Shown here piece by piece: positions 38,200-48,136 of a DNA stretch of 64,000 bases. Position 1 is the first letter of the stretch. Each line of letters starts with the position of its first letter. Source of the stretch: a phage; sequence record PZ179880.1. One strand, written 5' to 3'. The notes beneath the pieces were generated by a model. It did not search any database. It was not told where the DNA came from and saw only the letters and a list, made by a program, of their open reading frames with translations. A program made the translations under genes and the position numbers.

Positions 38200-38500
38200 C
38201 CTTGCGGCAACCTTGTCGGGGTTCCACCTGCTAAGGCAAGTGTTTGTACGAAACGCCGGGATTCGAACCCGGTTATTAAGTAGTTGACGCTACTCAATAT
38301 TTTTAAAAGGCCATATCTCGACCATATCCGAACGTTCCGTCAAAAACGCTACTCGGCTTACGGCAAAGATATTTCCTCGAATCGATAATTCGGTGCGCCG
38401 TTTCTGCTGTGATAGTAAAGAGCCAGAACACAGTAAAACTGTGGGAGGAAACTATACTCCAGGGAACATCAGTCCGACGACTTACCGGTAGCGACCCGGT
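38200..38500 (-). ncRNA. Candidate small stable RNA(s): non-coding, structured region with a tRNA-like T-arm; cf. the T4 species 1/2 RNAs
   Basis: No ORF of 60 codons or more on either strand; local GC enrichment; CCGGGTTCGAATCCCGG T-arm-like hairpin; ends at a strong terminator. Confidence 0.35.
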
Positions 38501-38503
38501 TTC

Positions 38504-38854
38504 TTAATATTCTTTTAAAGAATCAATATATTCACGGCGTTTACGCCACAAATCAATTGCTTCATACGCGGATTCAGCATTTCGAATTAGCCGGCATTTA
38601 TGTAAAGACTTATGATTTTGATATTGTGTAGATAACGGAATTGTATCTAAAAGGTCTTTACGATCAAAATATTCGTAACCATCTAAACCAAATGAACGAT
38701 TTTTGAGAAATTGCCAATGACCATATTCGTTTTCGACATAAACATAATCTGCATGCTGATAAAGCAAATTAATTACACGTTCAGAAATAACAGTATCATT
38801 ATGATTAAAATAGAATGTTAAATCATGAACTACTAAATAAACATTACCTTTCAT
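38504..38854 (-). CDS. Hypothetical protein (116 aa)
   Basis: ORF between tRNA-Arg and the putative stable-RNA region. Confidence 0.5.
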   Translation of the reverse strand: MKGNVYLVVHDLTFYFNHNDTVISERVINLLYQHADYVYVENEYGHWQFLKNRSFGLDGYEYFDRKDLLDTIPLSTQYQNHKSLHKCRLIRNAESAYEAIDLWRKRREYIDSLKEY

Positions 38855-38872
38855 ATTTTCCTCACTTATAAT

Positions 38873-38948
38873 TGGTCGAGGCAGTAGGGATCGAACCTAC
38901 GACCTAGGACTTAGAAGGTCCTTGCTCTTCCTTCTGAGCTATGCCCCG
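38873..38948 (-). tRNA. tRNA-Arg (anticodon UCU), CCA encoded
   Basis: Manual cloverleaf: acceptor CGGGGCA/TGCCTCG, D-arm TAGCTCAG, anticodon loop CTTCTAA, T-loop GGTTCGATCC. Confidence 0.85.
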
Positions 38949-38951
38949 TAA

Positions 38952-39027
38952 TTGGGTGACCGATGGGAGTCGAACCCATGACTACGAGAATCACAATCTC
39001 GAGTTCTACCAACTGAACTACGGCCAC
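38952..39027 (-). tRNA. tRNA-His (anticodon GUG), discriminator C73, no encoded CCA
   Basis: Acceptor GTGGCCG/CGGTCAC, anticodon loop TTGTGAT, T-loop GGGTTCGACTCCC. Confidence 0.75.
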
Positions 39028-39120
39028 ATTAATACCTACTCCAACAATCAAGATGTCTTCACACGAAATTAAGAGAAGAGTGATCAGTTCAACCCCTATA
39101 ATCGCGTCAAGTAGGTATTA
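39028..39120 (-). ncRNA. Unassigned structured element inside the tRNA operon (not a tRNA)
   Basis: 11-bp perfectly complementary closing stem (TTAATACCTAC / GTAGGTATTAA) enclosing about 70 nt; no T-loop or D-loop. Confidence 0.3.
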
Positions 39121-39141
39121 ATGTGACAGTTGTCACAAATT

Positions 39142-39216
39142 TGGCGGACGTGATAGGATTCGAACCTATAACCAATCGCTTAACAGGCGATCGCTCTGCC
39201 ATTGAGCTACACATCC
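39142..39216 (-). tRNA. tRNA-Asn (anticodon GUU), CCA encoded
   Basis: Acceptor GGATGTG/CACGTCC, anticodon loop CTGTTAA, T-loop GGTTCGAATCC. Confidence 0.8.
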
Positions 39217-39220
39217 AAAT

Positions 39221-39307
39221 TGGTGGGGAGTGGTGGAGTCGAACCACCCGAGTCGCAATGACAATGGATTTACAGTCCACACCGCTACCTCTACGGGATA
39301 ACTCCCC
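39221..39307 (-). tRNA. tRNA-Tyr (anticodon GUA), class II with long variable arm, CCA encoded
   Basis: Acceptor GGGGAGT/ACTCCCC, anticodon loop CTGTAAA, variable arm about 15 nt, T-loop GGTTCGACTCC. Confidence 0.75.
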
Positions 39308-39317
39308 CAAATTAATT

Positions 39318-39392
39318 TGGTGGCCCTGGGTGGAATTGAACCACCATCTGGCGATTATGAGTCGCTTGCTTGAACCTTCCAGCTACAGGGCC
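39318..39392 (-). tRNA. tRNA with anticodon CAU; probably the Ile (AUA-reading, lysidine-type) species rather than Met
   Basis: Acceptor GGCCCTG/CAGGGCC with C4-G69 and C5-G68, anticodon stem-loop GCGACTCATAATCGC resembling bacterial tRNA-Ile2. Confidence 0.75.
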
Positions 39393-39393
39393 T

Positions 39394-39469
39394 TGGTGCT
39401 GATTGACGGAATCGAACCGCCGACCTTCTCATTACAAGTGAGTTGCTCTACCTACTGAGCTAAATCAGC
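39394..39469 (-). tRNA. tRNA-Thr (anticodon UGU)
   Basis: Acceptor GCTGATT/AATCAGC, D-arm TAGCTCAGTAGG, anticodon loop CTTGTAA. Confidence 0.85.
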
Positions 39470-39474
39470 AAAAC

Positions 39475-39564
39475 TGGCGGAGGCGATAGGATTTGAACCT
39501 ATGAGTCGCCGGAGCGACTGCCGGTTTTCAAGACCGGTGCATTAAACCACTCCGCCACGCCTCC
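39475..39564 (-). tRNA. tRNA-Ser (anticodon UGA), class II
   Basis: Acceptor GGAGGCG/CGCCTCC, anticodon arm CCGGTCTTGAAAACCGG, long variable arm. Confidence 0.85.
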
Positions 39565-39566
39565 AG

Positions 39567-39640
39567 TCTCCGTGGCAGGATTTGAACCTACGACATTCTG
39601 CTCCCAAAGCAGACGCTCTACCAAACTGAGCTACACGGAG
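39567..39640 (-). tRNA. tRNA-Pro (anticodon UGG), no encoded CCA
   Basis: Acceptor CTCCGTG/CACGGAG, anticodon loop TTTGGGA, T-loop GGTTCAAATCC. Confidence 0.85.
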
Positions 39641-39650
39641 TAAATTAAAT

Positions 39651-39724
<74 letters not shown>

Positions 39725-39728
39725 AAAT

Positions 39729-39816
39729 TTGGTGCGAGAAGTGGGACTCGAACCCACAAGGAAATCATTCCGCAGCATTTTAAGTGCTGTGCCTTTACCA
39801 ATTTGGCCATTCTCGC
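39729..39816 (-). tRNA. tRNA-Leu (anticodon UAA), class II
   Basis: Acceptor GCGAGAA/TTCTCGC, D-arm TGGCCAAATTGGTAAAGGC, anticodon loop CTTAAAA, long variable arm. Confidence 0.85.
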
Positions 39817-39817
39817 G

Positions 39818-39890
39818 CTGGGAATAAAGGACTCGAACCTTTGCATCCTGGAATCAAAATCCAGTGCCTTACCAACTTGGCTAATTCCCA
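39818..39890 (-). tRNA. tRNA-Gln (anticodon UUG), U1-A72 first pair, no encoded CCA; abuts tRNA-Leu
   Basis: Acceptor TGGGAAT/ATTCCCA, D-arm GCCAAGTTGGTAAGGC, anticodon loop TTTTGAT. Confidence 0.8.
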
Positions 39891-39987
39891 ATTATTAACA
39901 AAGGCTCTTAAGCAAGAACCCTTGATGATAGAGGGTATTAATCAGTGCGATATGAGTTAATAATAACAAATAATTCTTAAAGCATAT

Positions 39988-40275
39988 TTACCATTTATAA
40001 TAATACATATTTACGATGCATTCAAGACCCAAAGGATTCTTGAAAATATCATATTCAAGAGGACCTTTTTCTGTTTCAATAAAGAAATCAAAATTTACTG
40101 TATTAAATTTACGTTCTTCCTTCACTAATTTAACTTGAGAAGATGAACGGTCAATGTAAACCTTTTCAACTTCAAAACATGTTAAAATGCCATAATCATC
40201 AATCAAAGCTTTAGCCGCGTCTTGATCATATTTATATCCATTTTCAATGGATGATACTTTCGCATAAAGAATCAT
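39988..40275 (-). CDS. Hypothetical protein (95 aa)
   Basis: ORF upstream of the tRNA operon. Confidence 0.5.
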   Translation of the reverse strand: MILYAKVSSIENGYKYDQDAAKALIDDYGILTCFEVEKVYIDRSSSQVKLVKEERKFNTVNFDFFIETEKGPLEYDIFKNPLGLECIVNMYYYKW

Positions 40276-40277
40276 TA

Positions 40278-40676
40278 TCAGCCTTCATCAACAATAGTGT
40301 GAGTATTAGCATTTACGATTTGCCACCAATCAAAGCGATTAGAATCCATCGGTTTGTTTTCATTTTCTTTGATAATGTCACGGAGTTCATCTTCAGAGAA
40401 TGCTTTAGCAATTAAATCGGTATACCCACCACGGGGATAATAATTATCACCTGCAAACAAAAGGAAATTTACCTTCCCGGAAGCAACATATGCTTCCTTA
40501 GGATACTTGTTTCCTGCGTGGTCAACCACTTCAATATAACGGTAAGGAATATCGGTTCTTTCAACCCATTGCCATGCCGCCGCAGGGGAATCGAAAGCAT
40601 CTACACCTAAACGATTATCTTCATCTTTAGACGGATTATTTTCGTAATCCGCATATACATAATATTCAACGTTCAT
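40278..40676 (-). CDS. Hypothetical protein (132 aa)
   Basis: ORF. Confidence 0.5.
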   Translation of the reverse strand: MNVEYYVYADYENNPSKDEDNRLGVDAFDSPAAAWQWVERTDIPYRYIEVVDHAGNKYPKEAYVASGKVNFLLFAGDNYYPRGGYTDLIAKAFSEDELRDIIKENENKPMDSNRFDWWQIVNANTHTIVDEG

Positions 40677-40861
40677 TATTCACCTTTAGAAATTTTATCC
40701 ATAACAATAGCAATTAAACCAATTAAAAATGCTACTACAAGTGAAAAAACATTTTCTGCCGTAGTCAATAATCCGCATATAAATCCAACAAACATTGAAA
40801 AACTGAAAGCGGAAGCAGAAATTGCAATAGCAACATTTCGAATTAATTCACAACGTTTCAT
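40676..40861 (-). CDS. Small membrane protein (61 aa)
   Basis: Two hydrophobic helices. Confidence 0.5.
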   Translation of the reverse strand: MKRCELIRNVAIAISASAFSFSMFVGFICGLLTTAENVFSLVVAFLIGLIAIVMDKISKGE

Positions 40862-40878
40862 TTTATTCTCCTCAGTAG

Positions 40879-40918
40879 TAGATAGGGTAATAGTATCACT
40901 ACCCTATCTAAAAGTAAA
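40879..40918 (-). promoter_or_regulatory. Early promoter (TTTACT, 17 nt, TACTAT) with an 11-bp inverted repeat bracketing the -10
   Basis: Arms tagatagggta (40879-40889) and taccctatcta (40900-40910). Confidence 0.45.
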
Positions 40919-40919
40919 C

Positions 40920-41153
40920 TTATTTTTTACGAAAAATTGATTTATTTTCTGCTGCCCATTTTTCAATAACTGCAGCAGGACCAGTAACAACAATTTTATC
41001 ACCGTAATCTTCTGCGGCGAGTTGACCGAAATTATCTAATGCATCACGAAGAACTCCATGAGGCATTTCACCCATTTTATCTTTCTTGCCAGTGTAAATA
41101 AACTCAACTTTTACATCAGCAGTTTCAGCAATAAATTCTTGGTAAGTTTTCAT
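40920..41153 (-). CDS. Internal-protein-like capsid-targeted protein (77 aa; IPI position)
   Basis: N-terminal MKTYQEFIAE capsid-targeting sequence; located upstream of 57B as ipI is in T4. Confidence 0.6.
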   Translation of the reverse strand: MKTYQEFIAETADVKVEFIYTGKKDKMGEMPHGVLRDALDNFGQLAAEDYGDKIVVTGPAAVIEKWAAENKSIFRKK

Positions 41154-41173
41154 TTTATTTTCCTAATTAATTT

Positions 41174-41212
41174 TGATGAGGTAATAATATCACTACCTCA
41201 TCAGTATGTAAA
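41174..41212 (-). promoter_or_regulatory. Early promoter (TTTACA, 17 nt, TATTAT) with a 10-bp inverted repeat bracketing the -10
   Basis: Arms tgatgaggta (41174-41183) and tacctcatca (41194-41203); same architecture as 40879-40918 with different arm sequence. Confidence 0.45.
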
Positions 41213-41225
41213 CAACTTTGTGAAA

Positions 41226-41910
<685 letters not shown>

Positions 41911-41911
<1 letters not shown>

Positions 41912-42636
41912 TATAGTACCTTTAGTGTATTTTTAATTTTAGAAAAAAGTTCTTCAAGAGAACCATCGTTTGTAATTACTAAATCGCCATCACGAATTGG
42001 CAATCCAGCTTCTGTAATATGTGTATCATTGGATTTTTGACCAGGACGAACTACATGAATTACTGTAGCACCCATCGCCCTAGCCGCATCCATTTCATGA
42101 TCTTGACGGGTATCAGGAACGATATAATAATCATAACCTGAGTTAAATTTATCAAGATAATCTAAAGCAAATAATTTTACCCAATACATGCGGTCGAAGT
42201 TATTAACAATCAAATCCGTACCTAGGGCTTGCATCAGACGACGGACTGACCATTGATCTTCAATATTATTTATAACGTCAATAATCTTGTTACATGCTAC
42301 GGAATCAACTGATTCTTGTCCTTCGTCCTCAAAAACACACACACCCTTAATTGGGCTTTTACCGTTAAGATAGCAAAATGCTTGTTCCATAATCGTAATT
42401 ACTTCTGATTTAGTCAGATTTAAATTAGTCTCACGATCATAGTCAATTCCTTCAAACTCTTTGCGAGTTAAGCAAGGATAGTCAGTGTTTGTTGCAAATA
42501 CACCCCACGCATAAGCCAATGCATCCTTAATAGGACCAGCAAGTTGATATTTAACTGCAGAATAATTATTCATGATAAAATCTGCAGTAGTATCTTTTCC
42601 ACTACGCTTTACACCACTTAAAAAGATTAGTTTCAT
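41911..42636 (-). CDS. 1: Deoxynucleoside monophosphate kinase gp1 (241 aa)
   Basis: MKLIFLSGVKRSGKDTTADFIM P-loop; T4 gp1 sequence and length. Confidence 0.95.
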
Positions 42637-42685
42637 ATGTTTCTCCTCAAATTTAGTTAAGATTATAACACATGAAACTGAAGCA

Positions 42686-43216
42686 TTAAACTTCTGCTAT
42701 AATTTTGCCATCTTTTTCTACTTGAAAATACGTATAAGGAATCGTTGCTGTACATACTAAAGCTGGGTCTGAATCTTCAGTGTAGCTAAATTCTACTTCA
42801 GACAGGTCAGAAACCCAAGGCTTATAAAAATTTATTGACATCACGATTTCAGTTTTACTATTATCTAAAATGTAAAGCGTAATGTATTCAGGACCTGTTT
42901 TTTGGGCAGTATTTTCGCCTGTAAGATAGTTACTAGTTCCTAGCATCCATTCATACATTCCTATCCACGACTTAAGTTCTTCATCAACTATAAATCTCAC
43001 GATGAGTGGATCGTACTCAAATGTAACACCTGGACGTTGTGCTCGGCCCAGTCCAAACGGCCCAGTCACGGTATCAGTAACAGGTATCCTAATTCCTGGA
43101 ATAGGAACTGACTGAGCATTTAAAGTAAAAGCAGATGTAGTATTACTATGCGGTATTGATACTACAAAGTTAGTTGTATTTGCTTGGTTAAAAATTTGTT
43201 GTAGTGCTTGCGACAT
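42686..43216 (-). CDS. 3: Tail completion/sheath stabiliser gp3 (176 aa from MSQALQQIF)
   Basis: Gene order 1-3-2-4 and 176-aa length from the internal Met. Confidence 0.8.
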   Translation of the reverse strand: MSQALQQIFNQANTTNFVVSIPHSNTTSAFTLNAQSVPIPGIRIPVTDTVTGPFGLGRAQRPGVTFEYDPLIVRFIVDEELKSWIGMYEWMLGTSNYLTGENTAQKTGPEYITLYILDNSKTEIVMSINFYKPWVSDLSEVEFSYTEDSDPALVCTATIPYTYFQVEKDGKIIAEV

Positions 43217-43322
43217 ATATTCCTCATAATGCTTTATAAATGTTGGTGGTATAATGGGTCTAAGTCCCTTCCATTCAATTTCAATTAGAACAAACAATAG
43301 AAAAGAATGGAAGATAATAGAA

Positions 43323-43997
43323 TTAATTTATTAGACTTCTTAAACGAGCAGAAGTCATAAATGGAAATTTTTCTAAAGTTGGCTTTCGCCAATATCTTGG
43401 ATGACAAGTTGATTTAAAATCAAGAACAATTTTCTTTGCTTCATCAATAGTGCTAACTCCAAAGTTATCTAACATTATTTTCTTTTCTTTTTCCCACCGT
43501 TTATTAGCTAAAGCAGATTGAAGCTTTTTGTTTTTAAATGTATCATTTTTTCTAGAATGAGTTGTGCCTTGTGTCGGACTCCATCCTCTTCCTAAAATAA
43601 ATCCCTCAGGAATTATATCTCCATCATGCAATTTTATACATCTTTTACCATTATTATAATATTTTCGTCCAGTTTGTGTATTTGAAATATTATTTGCATG
43701 TTTTCTTTTTAACCAACCATAAACTTTATTATTTCTCCTAACATATTTAGTTGAAACCGTCATTTTTATGGCCGCATAAGATAATTTTAAAGAATTTGGG
43801 TGTATTTTTACTAATAGTTGATGTGCAACATAATGCTCTTCTGGAGTTAAATCAACCAAGTTAGAAGCATCATTACTACCGCCTAAACATTTCGGAATAA
43901 TATGATGTCTTTCTTTATATCCAGTAAGGGCTCTATTGCGAGCCCTATCAATTAGTGAATTATAAATTTTTTCATAATTCATCGTACATTGCTCCAA
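43323..43997 (-). CDS. HNH homing endonuclease (free-standing, about 220 aa)
   Basis: N-terminal HNH motif [31 protein letters not shown]; basic C-terminal DNA-binding region; inserted between genes 3 and 2. Confidence 0.75.
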   Translation of the reverse strand: MEQCTMNYEKIYNSLIDRARNRALTGYKERHHIIPKCLGGSNDASNLVDLTPEEHYVAHQLLVKIHPNSLKLSYAAIKMTVSTKYVRRNNKVYGWLKRKHANNISNTQTGRKYYNNGKRCIKLHDGDIIPEGFILGRGWSPTQGTTHSRKNDTFKNKKLQSALANKRWEKEKKIMLDNFGVSTIDEAKKIVLDFKSTCHPRYWRKPTLEKFPFMTSARLRSLIN

Positions 43998-44806
43998 ACT
44001 TTGTTTGCAGAGAAACGTTTTCCTTTGGAGTAGAAGCTTTGGAGTGGCATTAACACAACGTTCGCCCAGTCTTTCGGGGCGATTTCAACAAGGCTACCCA
44101 TGATATTACCAGGTATATATGCCTTAATCATTTGATCTGCACCCCTAAATCCTTTCACTTGACTCCAATCAATTTTTAATTTCGTTTTATTAGTAATAGT
44201 AGGTGTATTTGAATATTGCTTTAAAAGCTCTTCTAGAAACTGTTGACGAGCTTTAGGTGGAATATAGTGCAAGTTCAATCCATACATTAAATTATGTTTA
44301 CCTAAACCGAGGTAAATTATCAAAGGAAATTTATCCCAATAAGGAAGAGTTTCCTTGTGTTTAGCATCGTAAGCAAAAGCATATATTCGTCCCGGCTGCG
44401 GGCGAACAACTTTATGTCCTTTTACCTGCTTAATAGTTTCAGCAAACCACTTTCTGGTTTTATTATTAATTGCTGCACCTTCATTACGAATTTTATCACG
44501 CAACGTTTGCCTGAATGAATTTATCATAAGCAGTTGTCTTTCTTGCTTATTGAGTTTATTCATTGGTTTTGATTCAAGCTTTTGAATCTTTTCAGCTGTT
44601 TTAATTCCTGAAGCATATTTTGACATTGCCGAAGTAAACGTAGAATATTTAATTCCTTTTTCTTCAGCAAATTGCTTTCCTGTCATTCCTTTTGCTTTGG
44701 CCTTTTTGTATTCAAGACCTATCTGAATCCATTTCTTTTCGTTTAATGATTGCTTAACCTTTGGAACTTGGGGAGTGCTTTCATTAATTATTTGAAAAAT
44801 AGCCAT
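43979..44806 (-). CDS. 2: DNA end-protector protein gp2 (275 aa)
   Basis: Gene order and size; stop overlaps the gene 4 start. Confidence 0.85.
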   Translation of the reverse strand: MAIFQIINESTPQVPKVKQSLNEKKWIQIGLEYKKAKAKGMTGKQFAEEKGIKYSTFTSAMSKYASGIKTAEKIQKLESKPMNKLNKQERQLLMINSFRQTLRDKIRNEGAAINNKTRKWFAETIKQVKGHKVVRPQPGRIYAFAYDAKHKETLPYWDKFPLIIYLGLGKHNLMYGLNLHYIPPKARQQFLEELLKQYSNTPTITNKTKLKIDWSQVKGFRGADQMIKAYIPGNIMGSLVEIAPKDWANVVLMPLQSFYSKGKRFSANKVWSNVR

Positions 44807-45258
44807 TATGCCCCCTTAAAGCCAAGAGCTCGTAATCCATCTTCTGTTAAAATTCTAAATTTTATTCCACGCTTTTCAGCTAAAGATTGTGCTGCTTTCC
44901 ATTTGTCAGTATTAACGGAATATGTATAGATTTCATTCATAAATCTTTTCTTCGCTGCAGTTGTTAGATGTGCTGGTTTAACTGGTGGTTGTGTTTCTTT
45001 TTTAGGTTTTATTTCAATAAAAAATTCTTGTCCAGAAGAATCTTTCATCCAAATATCCATGAAGTATCTACGTTTTTTCCCTTCTGCATTACAAAAATAA
45101 GGAATTACTGCTGTTTCACTACCCCATGCAATAATTTCTGGATTTTTATCTAACCATTCAAAAAAGAATTTTTCCCAATTTGATCTATACGTAATTTTTT
45201 TAGGGTCACCTCTATATTTTGATATATTTTTAGGAACCCATTTTCCAGAATATGCCAT
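44806..45258 (-). CDS. 4: Head completion protein gp4 (150 aa)
   Basis: Gene order and size (150 aa). Confidence 0.85.
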   Translation of the reverse strand: MAYSGKWVPKNISKYRGDPKKITYRSNWEKFFFEWLDKNPEIIAWGSETAVIPYFCNAEGKKRRYFMDIWMKDSSGQEFFIEIKPKKETQPPVKPAHLTTAAKKRFMNEIYTYSVNTDKWKAAQSLAEKRGIKFRILTEDGLRALGFKGA

Positions 45259-45269
45259 TGGATTCTCCT

Positions 45270-45277
45270 TATAAATA
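45270..45277 (+). promoter_or_regulatory. Late promoter TATAAATA for gene 53
   Basis: Exact TATAAATA about 30 nt upstream of the gene 53 start. Confidence 0.55.
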
Positions 45278-45285
45278 GATAATAT

Positions 45286-45293
45286 ATTTATAA
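45286..45293 (-). promoter_or_regulatory. Late promoter TATAAATA (minus strand) for genes 4/2/3
   Basis: Reverse complement of tatttata gives TATAAATA about 28 nt upstream of the gene 4 start. Confidence 0.5.
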
Positions 45294-45305
45294 ACAGGAG
45301 GGCCC

Positions 45306-45896
45306 ATGCTCTTTACATTTTTTGATCCGATTGAATATGCGGCCAAAACGGTGAATAAAAACGCGCCGACTATTCCTATGACAGATATTTTTAGAAACTA
45401 TAAAGACTATTTCAAACGTGCTCTTGCGGGATATCGCTTACGTACTTATTATATTAAAGGTTCACCACGCCCGGAAGAATTAGCAAATGCTATATATGGA
45501 AATCCACAGTTGTATTGGGTTTTATTGATGTGTAATGATAATTATGATCCGTATTATGGATGGATTACTTCACAGGAAGCTGCTTATCAAGCATCTATAC
45601 AAAAATACAAAAATGTAGGTGGAGACCAAATAGTATATCATGTGAATGAGAATGGTGAAAAATTTTATAATTTAATATCATACGATGATAATCCATATGT
45701 TTGGTATGATAAAGGCGATAAAGCTAGAAAATATCCTCAATATGAAGGAGCACTTGCTGCTGTTGATACGTATGAAGCTGCTGTTCTTGAAAATGAAAAA
45801 CTTCGTCAAATAAAAATAATAGCAAAATCAGACATCAATTCATTTATGAACGACCTTATACGTATAATGGAGAAATCTTATGGAAATGATAAGTAA
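45306..45896 (+). CDS. 53: Baseplate wedge protein gp53 (196 aa)
   Basis: Gene order and size. Confidence 0.9.
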   Translation: MLFTFFDPIEYAAKTVNKNAPTIPMTDIFRNYKDYFKRALAGYRLRTYYIKGSPRPEELANAIYGNPQLYWVLLMCNDNYDPYYGWITSQEAAYQASIQKYKNVGGDQIVYHVNENGEKFYNLISYDDNPYVWYDKGDKARKYPQYEGALAAVDTYEAAVLENEKLRQIKIIAKSDINSFMNDLIRIMEKSYGNDK

Positions 45897-47607
45897 TAAC
45901 CTTAATTGGTTTGTTGGTGTTGTTGAAGATAGAATGGACCCATTAAAATTAGGTCGTGTTCGTGTTCGTGTGGTTGGTCTGCATCCGCCTCAAAGAGCAC
46001 AAGGTGATGTAATGGGTATTCCAACTGATAAATTACCATGGATGTCAGTTATTCAACCTATAACTTCGGCAGCAATGTCTGGAATTGGAGGCTCCGTTAC
46101 TGGTCCGGTAGAAGGAACTAGAGTTTATGGTCATTTTTTAGACAAATGGAAAACTAACGGAATTGTCCTTGGCACGTATGGTGGGATAGTTCGCGAAAAA
46201 CCTAATAGACTCGAAGGATTTTCTGACCCAACTGGACAGTATCCTAGACGTCTAGGAAATGATACTAACGTATTAAACCAAGGCGGAGAAGTAGGATATG
46301 ATTCGTCTTCTAACATTATCCAAGATAGCAATCTAGACACTGCGATAAATCCCGATGATAGACCACTATCAGAGATTCCAACTGATGATAATCCAAATAT
46401 GTCAATGGCTGAAATGCTTCGCCGTGATGAAGGATTAAGACTAAAAGTTTATTGGGATACCGAAGGATATCCGACAATTGGTATTGGTCATCTTATCATG
46501 AAGCAGCCAGTTCGTGATATGACCCAAATTAATAAAGTTTTATCAAAACAAGTTGGTCGTGAAATTACCGGAAATCCAGGTTCCATTACAATGGAAGAAG
46601 CGGTAACTTTATTTGAACGCGATTTGGCTGATATGCAACGTGACATTAAATCACATTCTAAAGTTGGCCCAGTTTGGCAAGCAGTTAATCGTTCTCGTCA
46701 AATGGCGTTAGAAAATATGGCATTCCAAATGGGCGTTGGTGGCGTAGCTAAATTTACCACAATGTTAACTGCTATGTTAGCCGGAGATTGGGAAAAAGCA
46801 TATAAAGCCGGTCGTGATTCATTGTGGTATCAACAAACAAAAGGCCGTGCATCCCGTGTTACCATGATTATTCTTACAGGGAATTTGGAATCATACGGTA
46901 TTGAAGTTAAAACACCAGCTAGGTCTTTGTCAGCAATGGCTGCTACTGTAGCAAAGTCTTCTGACCCGGCTGACCCTCCTATTCCGAATGATTCGAGAAT
47001 TTTATTCAAAGAACCTGTTTCTTCATATAAAGGTGAATATCCGTATGTTCACACAATGGAAACTGAAAGCGGTCATATTCAGGAATTTGATGATACTCCG
47101 GGGCAAGAACGATACAGATTAGTTCATCCAACTGGAACGTATGAGGAAGTATCACCATCAGGAAGAAGAACGAGAAAAACTGTTGATAATTTGTATGATA
47201 TAACAAATGCTGATGGTAATTTTTTGGTAGCCGGCGATAAAAAGACTAACGTCGGTGGATCAGAAATTTATTACAACATGGATAATCGTCTTCACCAAAT
47301 AGATGGAAGCAATACGATATTTGTGCGTGGAGATGAAACCAAGACGGTTGAAGGTAATGGAACTATCCTAGTCAAAGGTAATGTTACTATTGTAGTTGAA
47401 GGTAATGCTGACATTACAGTTAAAGGGGATGCTACCACTTTAGTTGAAGGAAATCAGACTAATACAGTAAATGGAAATCTTTCTTGGAAAGTTGCTGGAA
47501 CAGTTGATTGGGACGTTGGCGGTGATTGGACAGAAAAAATGGCATCTATGAGTTCTATTTCATCTGGTCAATACACAATTGATGGATCGAGGATTGACAT
47601 TGGCTAA
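45880..47607 (+). CDS. 5: Baseplate hub/cell-puncturing protein gp5 with lysozyme domain (575 aa)
   Basis: N-terminal OB region, internal T4-lysozyme-like segment (MLRRDEGLRLKVYWDTEGYPTIGIGHL), C-terminal VxGxxxxxV beta-helix repeats. Confidence 0.95.
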   Translation: MEMISNNLNWFVGVVEDRMDPLKLGRVRVRVVGLHPPQRAQGDVMGIPTDKLPWMSVIQPITSAAMSGIGGSVTGPVEGTRVYGHFLDKWKTNGIVLGTYGGIVREKPNRLEGFSDPTGQYPRRLGNDTNVLNQGGEVGYDSSSNIIQDSNLDTAINPDDRPLSEIPTDDNPNMSMAEMLRRDEGLRLKVYWDTEGYPTIGIGHLIMKQPVRDMTQINKVLSKQVGREITGNPGSITMEEAVTLFERDLADMQRDIKSHSKVGPVWQAVNRSRQMALENMAFQMGVGGVAKFTTMLTAMLAGDWEKAYKAGRDSLWYQQTKGRASRVTMIILTGNLESYGIEVKTPARSLSAMAATVAKSSDPADPPIPNDSRILFKEPVSSYKGEYPYVHTMETESGHIQEFDDTPGQERYRLVHPTGTYEEVSPSGRRTRKTVDNLYDITNADGNFLVAGDKKTNVGGSEIYYNMDNRLHQIDGSNTIFVRGDETKTVEGNGTILVKGNVTIVVEGNADITVKGDATTLVEGNQTNTVNGNLSWKVAGTVDWDVGGDWTEKMASMSSISSGQYTIDGSRIDIG

Positions 47608-48136
47608 TATACTTCCAATGAGCGCTGATTTAGGAGAATCCATGGAAGGTTCTTCTATCGACGTCACCTTTACCGCTCAATTAGAAACAGGTGAAACGTT
47701 AGTATCTATAAATATAACTAGTTACGAAGAAACTCCTGGGGTTTTAGTAGAAGAAAATCGCTTATACGGAACGTATGAATCTGTATTTGGATTTGGAAAT
47801 GACGCATTGAAATATCGTTTAGATGATGAATTTAAAACTGCTGCTTCATGGGAAGACCTTCCAACTGATTCTAATACTCAGTTATATCTATGGAAAGCTC
47901 CTCAAAACCTCCAGAAGACATTCACTTATGAAGTAACATTAATATATGACTACCAAGAACAAAGTGAATCTGGAGGTTCTGGCAGTAATTCTAGGTCATC
48001 TTCTGATACTACTGAACCAACGGATCCTCCTGCTCCAATAAGAAAAACTCTTGTTAAAAATTACACAAAAACTATAGTTGGAAATTGGAGCCGTTGGGCT
48101 AATAAATTGAGAAGCTACGTATATGAGAGGCAATAA
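47579..48136 (+). CDS. 5.1: gp5.1-like protein (start may be an internal Met)
   Basis: ORF between genes 5 and 5.4. Confidence 0.6.

Noticed and set aside
38236-38275. T-arm-like hairpin CCGGGTTCGAATCCCGG as a canonical tRNA
   Set aside because: The flanking sequence gives at best a 6/7 acceptor pairing, no D-stem, and an anticodon loop lacking U33; not called as a tRNA.
39028-39120. Possibility that the element between tRNA-His and tRNA-Asn is a twelfth tRNA or tRNA pseudogene
   Set aside because: No T-loop (GTTCRA) or D-loop consensus and no cloverleaf can be drawn; retained only as an unassigned structured element.
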